NCBI GenBank assembly: GCA_009914755.4
Contig: CP086569.2
Location: 11,584,001-11,648,000, forward strand
DNA length: 64,000 bases
Source: the human T2T-CHM13v2.0 reference genome, Homo sapiens
Reading direction: 5' to 3'
Part shown: piece after piece, positions 53,904-64,000 of the stretch
How the letters are laid out: each line of letters begins with the position of its first letter
Position numbering within the stretch: position 1 is the first letter of the stretch
Translations under genes and position numbers: made by a program
Notes under the pieces: model-generated
Seen by the model: the letters and a program-made list of their open reading frames with translations, nothing else
Database searches by the model: none
What the model was told of the DNA's origin: nothing

Positions 53904-54596
53904 TGAGGCATTGGAATCAGATAACTCTGGGTCTGTATTCTGCACATGCCACCTGTGAGTGGCTGAGCTGGCCTTCTGGCCAACACTCAAAGGCCACATT
54001 CCTAGTTATAGATGTTCCTTTCACCTTGCTGAAGATGGGAAGAGCTGCACCAGACCACCTCTCAGGGTTTCCTAATGCAAATCCTTGAACCCTGCAGCAG
54101 TAAGCATCTAGAGAGGTGGGAGCTACTGGTATACACACTGTCTGTGCCCTCCTCATCTCCCGCTCCTGCAGCATGAAACACCTGTAATGCTTTGGTCTGT
54201 TTATTGTCTCCCTTTCTCATTAGACCTGAGCTCTGGGATATTGGGGGCTTAAGTACTTCTGAAAATTTTTATGGCATCTGCTGTGTGAATTTTCCTAGGG
54301 TGCTGGGCTGGTTGTTAGGACAGCCTGGGTGACTGGCCTCATTCATGGCAAGGGCAGCAGGTGGAGAGTGGTCCTGGAAGGATTTTAGGATTTGCATGGA
54401 GTCAGGCCCAGCCCCTGGCCCCCTTATTGTCACCTTTCTCAGGATCTGGGATGCTAATTCAGAAACTCTTGACATCTGGAGGCTGTGATTGACCCACTGA
54501 GAGCTTTTAGGCATGTGGATGTGAGTCAGCCAGGATTGATGGAGCATTGACCGCTAATTGGACTCCTCTGGGAAGGTAGAGGGGGGCAACACATAA

Positions 54597-54872
<276 letters not shown>

Positions 54873-55281
54873 TGATAAGCAAAGATGATGAAATTCAAGA
54901 TTTTCCTGAGCAGCAATTGCTTAACATTGTTTCAGTTATAAGGTAGTAGAAACTCTGTTTGAACTTGATTCACTCCAGCACCCTTAGATTTTAAAATGCA
55001 GGATATGTTTAATGTCTAACACATAATAGACAGATAAGCACAGCTAGGGATTGTCATCCAAAAGGTCACCTGCAAGGCAATTTTGAAATACTCTATTAGA
55101 GGCTCAAATATAAATTTGTTGGAAAAATTAAAATTTGGGTCAGTAGTTGATTCCTTGATTACAATTTTATTCTTTAAAGTTCTTTGTGAGTATAAGTTAA
55201 TTCCAGTCCTGCTTTTTTGTTGTTGTTGTTGTTGAATGGTAGCTGTCCTTTTTCCCACTGTTTCCTCCCCGCCACCCCTGA

Positions 55282-55578
<297 letters not shown>

Positions 55579-55937
55579 TCCTCCCAATTTTGTATATGGG
55601 AAAACAACTAAAGCACAAAGGTTGTCTTCCCGCAAAAGACCAAGACTTGGGGCTTCAACTGAGAGGTATTGTAGTCCTTTTAAACTTGATATTTAGAAGA
55701 GGATGATCCAGAGGAAGTTGGTTATGCTACTTGCTTTCAGTAAACATCATTCAGGTGTCAGAAGCCATAGGGAGAGAAATATCTATTAGATAAGCATGTC
55801 TGAGTTGAGGGCTGTGGTGAAGACTCAGTTGTCAATGATGACAACCAGTAATTTTTGGTACTAGAATTTCACGTCAAATACCTCCACTTTACTGGAAGTA
55901 CATTGAGGAACTTTGACAATCTTAAAGAATCCAGTGA

Positions 55938-56205
<268 letters not shown>

Positions 56206-56282
56206 CTGATGGAACCTGGGCTTTGTTCTTCTGCTTGATAATCAGTTCTTTAGTTGAATGGCTTTATTATTTATTTATTTAT

Positions 56283-56568
56283 TTGAGATGGAGTCTCACC
56301 CTGTTGCCCAGCCTGAAGTGTAGTGGTGCAAGCTTGGCTCACTGAAACCTCTGCTTCCCAGGTTCAAGCAATTCTCGTGCCTCAGCCTCCTGAGTAGCTG
56401 GGATTACAGGTATGCACCACCATGCCAAGCTAATTTTTATATTTTTTTGTACAGACAGGGTTTTGCCATCTTGGCCAGCCTCGTCTTGAACTTCTGACCT
56501 CAGGTGATCTGCCTGCCTCGGTCTCTTAAAGTGTTGGGATTACACATGTGAGCCACTGTGCCTAGCCT
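56283..56568 (-). mobile_element. Alu SINE (antisense)
   Basis: …tttgagatggagtctcaccctgttgcccagcctgaagtgtagtggtgcaagcttggctcactgaaacc…gtgttgggattacacatgtgagccactgtgcctagcc. Confidence 0.9.
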
Positions 56569-57229
56569 GAATGGCTTTTTTATATTTAAAGTTGTTGTGT
56601 GCCTTTCATCTGGAGCTACACCTTGGTTATCACTAGGCAGGTTTCCCAGGATGTCAGCCTGGTCTCAGCCTGTGAGAGCTGAATACAAATTCTAAGGGCC
56701 CCTTGGAAAGTTCCAGGGAAAGGAGCATAGCGAGGTTGGGGGTGGAGTTTGTAGAGACTGGCTGGCTGGCTGCTGACATCTTCATGAGAACAGCAGGTAC
56801 CTTGATGCATAATAACAGGCCAGGTTATATTCTCATCCTTGCCCTCATAAAGATACAGGTCTACAGTCTCTGAAAACTTTGGGCTAGATAAGTTGTGAAA
56901 TTTAATTACCCAATTTTAGGAAGGTGGTAAGGCATATCTACTATGTGTATGTGTAGCACCCCAGTGGAGTCCTACACATGTGGAGTCCTACCCCAGTGGA
57001 GACCAAACATGTTAATATTTCCACAGCAAATATTCACAGTAAGAGGGATAGAAAAAGATTATAGGTATTTGCATGTTGATTCATATCAGCCTTTTCTTCC
57101 AAATGAGCTACAATGACTCATTTTTGAGAGCTGTTTGGGTTTTGGAAGTGGAGATAAGGCATGGGTATGTCTTCTTGACCCAATAATGACTGGGGAGGCC
57201 CTGTGAAAAGACTTACCCTTGGCTGCTCT

Positions 57230-57420
57230 TGTCCTCATAGTGATTCTATGAATGAGGTCCTCTAGCCACTGTCATGTCACAGGTGAGGAAACCAAAGTTG
57301 GAGGATGAAGGTAACTTTTCTGATGTCGTGCAGCTGGTAAAGGGCAGAGCTGGGACCCAACCCAGGTCTTTTTGACTCTAAAACTTATGTTCATTATTGT
57401 CCACTGAATCTGCTTTTATA
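57230..57420 (+). mobile_element. MIR (ancient SINE) fragment
   Basis: …gtgaggaaaccaaagttggaggatgaaggtaacttttctgatgtcgtgcagctggtaaagggcagagctgggacccaacccaggtctttttgactctaaaac… resembles the MIR core (…tgaggaaactgaggctcagag…cacacagctagtaagtggcagagccaggat…). Confidence 0.55.
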
Positions 57421-57805
57421 ATTTTGCTTGGTTGATGCTAGGGCACTTTGTAGCTCGCTGGCCATGCCATGAATTGAGTGCTGTGGTTCAAAGACCACTG
57501 GCAACTCAGTCAAGGCAGGCTCAAGCCGTACACAGCCATTTCCTTAGGAAATGGGGATGGTGGTTGGAAATTTCTATTAAAGGGTATATAAGCATTCTGA
57601 GACTTGGCTGGCCTGGTGTAGGCGGTTTGTTGGGAATTTAGGTGGTTTGCATGTTTAAAGGAATAAGGCTGAGATTGCCAGTCAGATAGGTTTTAGCTCA
57701 TTTGAATATTTAATGTGGAGGCTGTGGTTTCCTGGGACTTTTTTCCCACTGTAGAGAGTTAGCCAGATTTTCTCTCTTTCTTTTTCTTTTTTCTTTTTTT
57801 TTTTT

Positions 57806-58093
<288 letters not shown>

Positions 58094-58306
58094 ACCTTCT
58101 CTGTTTCCAGAGCATTTTGTATTAACTCCTTCTCATGATATCTTCCATGGCAGGCTGAATAATGGCCCCTCCAAAGTGTCCTCAACTTAATCCCCGGAAT
58201 CTGTGACTATGTTCCATGAAAAAAGGGACTTTGCAGATGTGATTAAGCATCTTGAGATGGGAACTTATCCTATGTTGCCTGTGGGTCCAGTGTCCCATCA
58301 CAGTGC

Positions 58307-58607
58307 TCTTTTTTTTTTTTTTCGAGACGGAGTTTTTTGCTCTTGGTGCCCAGGCTGGAGTGTAATGGCACAATCTCGATTCGCTGCAACTCCACCTCCC
58401 AAGGTTCAAGCGATTCTCTTGCCTCAGCCTTCCGAGTAGCTGGATTACAGGCGCTCGCCAACATGCCCAACTAATTTTTGTTTTTCCAGTAGAGATGGGG
58501 TTTCACCATGTTGGCCAGGCTAGTCTTGAACTCCTGACCGCGTGATCTGCCCACCTTGACTTCCCAAAGTGCTGGGATTACATGCGTGAGCCACCACATC
58601 CAGCCTA
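58307..58607 (-). mobile_element. Alu SINE (antisense)
   Basis: ttttttttttttttcgagacggagttttttgctcttggtgcccaggctggagtgtaatggcacaatc…gctgggattacatgcgtgagccaccacatccagcc. Confidence 0.9.
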
Positions 58608-58663
58608 CTGTGCTCTTTTAAGAGGGACTCAGCAGTCAGGGGAGATGGCAATGCGATGATGAC

Positions 58664-59033
58664 TGTCTTAGTCTTTTTTGTATTGCTATGCAATATCTGA
58701 GACTGGGTAATTTATAAAGAACAGGTTTATTTCTTACAGTTCTGGAGGCTGGGAATGTCAAGATCAAGGGGCCAGCTTCTGGTGAGGGTCTTCTTGTTGT
58801 GTCATCCCATGATGGAAGGTATCACATCAAGAGAGAAAGGGGGCTGAACTCAATCATTTTATTAGCAACCCATCCCATGATAATTAACCCTCTGCTGAGA
58901 TAACATCATTACTCTATTAATGAGGGCAGATCTTTCATGACCTAATCTCTTAAAGGTCCCGCCTCTCAACACTGTTGCATTGGAGATTAAATTTCCAACA
59001 CATGAACTTCGGGGGACACATTCAAACCATAGC
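58664..59033 (-). mobile_element. MSTA-type MaLR solo LTR (antisense)
   Basis: tgtcttagtcttttttgtattgctatgcaatatctgagactgggtaatttataaagaacaggtttatttcttacagttctggaggctgg…cctaatctcttaaaggtcccgcctctcaacactgttgcattggagattaaatttccaacacatgaacttcgggggacacattcaaaccatagca. Confidence 0.8.
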
Positions 59034-59430
59034 ACTGTGCAGAGATTGGAGTGGTGTGCTTTAAAAATGGAGGAAAGGGCCACAATTCAGGGTATATAGG
59101 TAACCACTAAAAGCAGAAAAAGGAAAGAAAACGGGTTTTTCCTTCAGAACCTCCTGAAGGAATCAGTCCTTTACAACTTGACTATAGTCAAGTGAAACTG
59201 ATTTGAGGCTTCTGACATATAGAACAATAAGATATTAAGTCTGTGTTGATGTAAGCCAATCAGTTCGTGGTAATTTGTTACAGCAGCCATAGAAAACTAA
59301 TTGACTCATCAATGGGAGAAATCAGTTGCTGGTTGAAGGCTACCAAACACCTACTTCCTTTCCTAAGGTCACTTTAATTTTATCTTGGAGGAATTATTTT
59401 CCCTATCCCATTAAGTTATGGGAGATGGGG

Positions 59431-59837
<407 letters not shown>

Positions 59838-60920
59838 CTAGATAGAAGTGTGTGTAGGACTTTGAAACATGAACAAATGGAGCTGGGATGGCAATGGCGG
59901 GAACAATATTGTGCTAATCTGAACTCTGCACTTCCTAAATTTGGCTCTGGGTAAATTACCTCAAATTGCTGAGCCTTTGTTTCCATATTTATAAAATGGG
60001 TGCGGTAAGAGTACCAACCTCTTCTATGCTGTCTGGAGGAGTCAGGTCCATAAGGTAACTGGCATGTGGTAAGAGATTCGTGAATGTTGGCTTCTATCAT
60101 TAAGGGTGGGGGAGCCACATAAGTAGCCAGAGGGAGTCATAGAAAGTTCTTGAGCCAGAGAAGTAAGATAATCTTTTCAGCTTTTTGTGCAGCAAAGAAA
60201 GCGGATAATTTGCTTGCCTTTGACCAAGCAAATTTGGGATGTGCCAGGCATGGGGTGAATGGTGGGAACCCAAGTAGAGGGATATTTCTCATTGACTGAA
60301 TTAACTGTGACTCCGTATTGCGGAGCAGCCAGGTTGCTTCATGGTGGACCTACTGCATGCCTACATGATGGTGCCGTGGATAGCTCTTGTTTGTGCCAGC
60401 CCTGTAATTGATACTTCCTGTGGTAATTGCATCCCTATTTTTCAGAAGGAAGCATCCCTCCTCCCAATTTCTGGTTTTCCCCATGTCCTTCTGGAGGGAA
60501 TGACCCCAACCGCTTCCTGAAGGGGCTTCATGAAAGCCAGGTCTGGCCAGGCTGGATGTGGTGATTGGCTCAGGCAGGGGCATGTGGCCCAAATGGGTCC
60601 AGAGAAAGTCAGTCCTGGGACTTTGGCTGGAACTATTGGGGAACAGCCTCTGCTTTCTTGGGCAGATGTGAGTTAGGAGCTGCTCAGGTCACTATGTGGA
60701 AAGAACTGCATGAGAATGAAGTAATCAAAGGGAAGCAAGCACTGAGATATTAGAGAGACTTATCTTGTATAAGTGCCTGTATCCAGCTATGCCTGAAATG
60801 AGGTGCCACCCCAGGCCTTTTCATTCATGCTATCAGTTTTGTTCCTTTTTTCTGTTTTACTCTTGGTGGAGTTATTATTTTTTCCTTGTTACCTGAATAA
60901 GAAAAATACCAAACTAGAAG

Positions 60921-64000
<3,080 letters not shown>

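Overview
This window reads as primate (human-type) nuclear DNA, not a prokaryotic or viral system. More than half of it is interspersed repeats. There are about 30 Alu copies (including AluY), several young L1PA elements, one long old L1 carrying nested Alus, ancient L1M/MIR fragments, THE1/MST MaLR LTRs and one full-length MaLR, and microsatellites. Three unrelated gene-derived pseudogene segments sit among the repeats. (1) On the minus strand there is a spliced, intron-containing copy of a CPA2-family Na+/H+ exchanger gene, SLC9B1/NHA1-like. Four consecutive exons at 22853-23023, 20206-20348, 18964-19091 and 6217-6392 have canonical AG/GT boundaries and consistent codon phase. One exon carries an in-frame TGA at a conserved Trp codon, so it is most likely an SLC9B1 pseudogene copy. 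(2) On the plus strand there is an intronless retrocopy of ACTR3B (ARP3-beta), roughly 32930-34860, with frameshifts and stops. (3) On the plus strand there are copies of the last three coding exons of CHEK2 (49896-49980, 54744-54824, 55977-56066 plus 3'UTR), the first of which is frameshifted. From memory (to be checked), SLC9B1P, ACTR3BP and CHEK2P fragments travel together in human pericentromeric segmental duplications (chrY, 2, 10, 13, 15, 16, 22). This window therefore looks like one paralogous copy of that duplicon rather than any functional locus. No rRNA, tRNA or CRISPR features are evident, and I found no intact protein-coding gene and no sign of an undescribed system. The more interesting details are the nonsense codon in an otherwise clean exon series, an intron-like ~125-nt insert at the exon1/2 junction of the ACTR3B retrocopy, and several nested or inverted L1 structures with readable target-site duplications.
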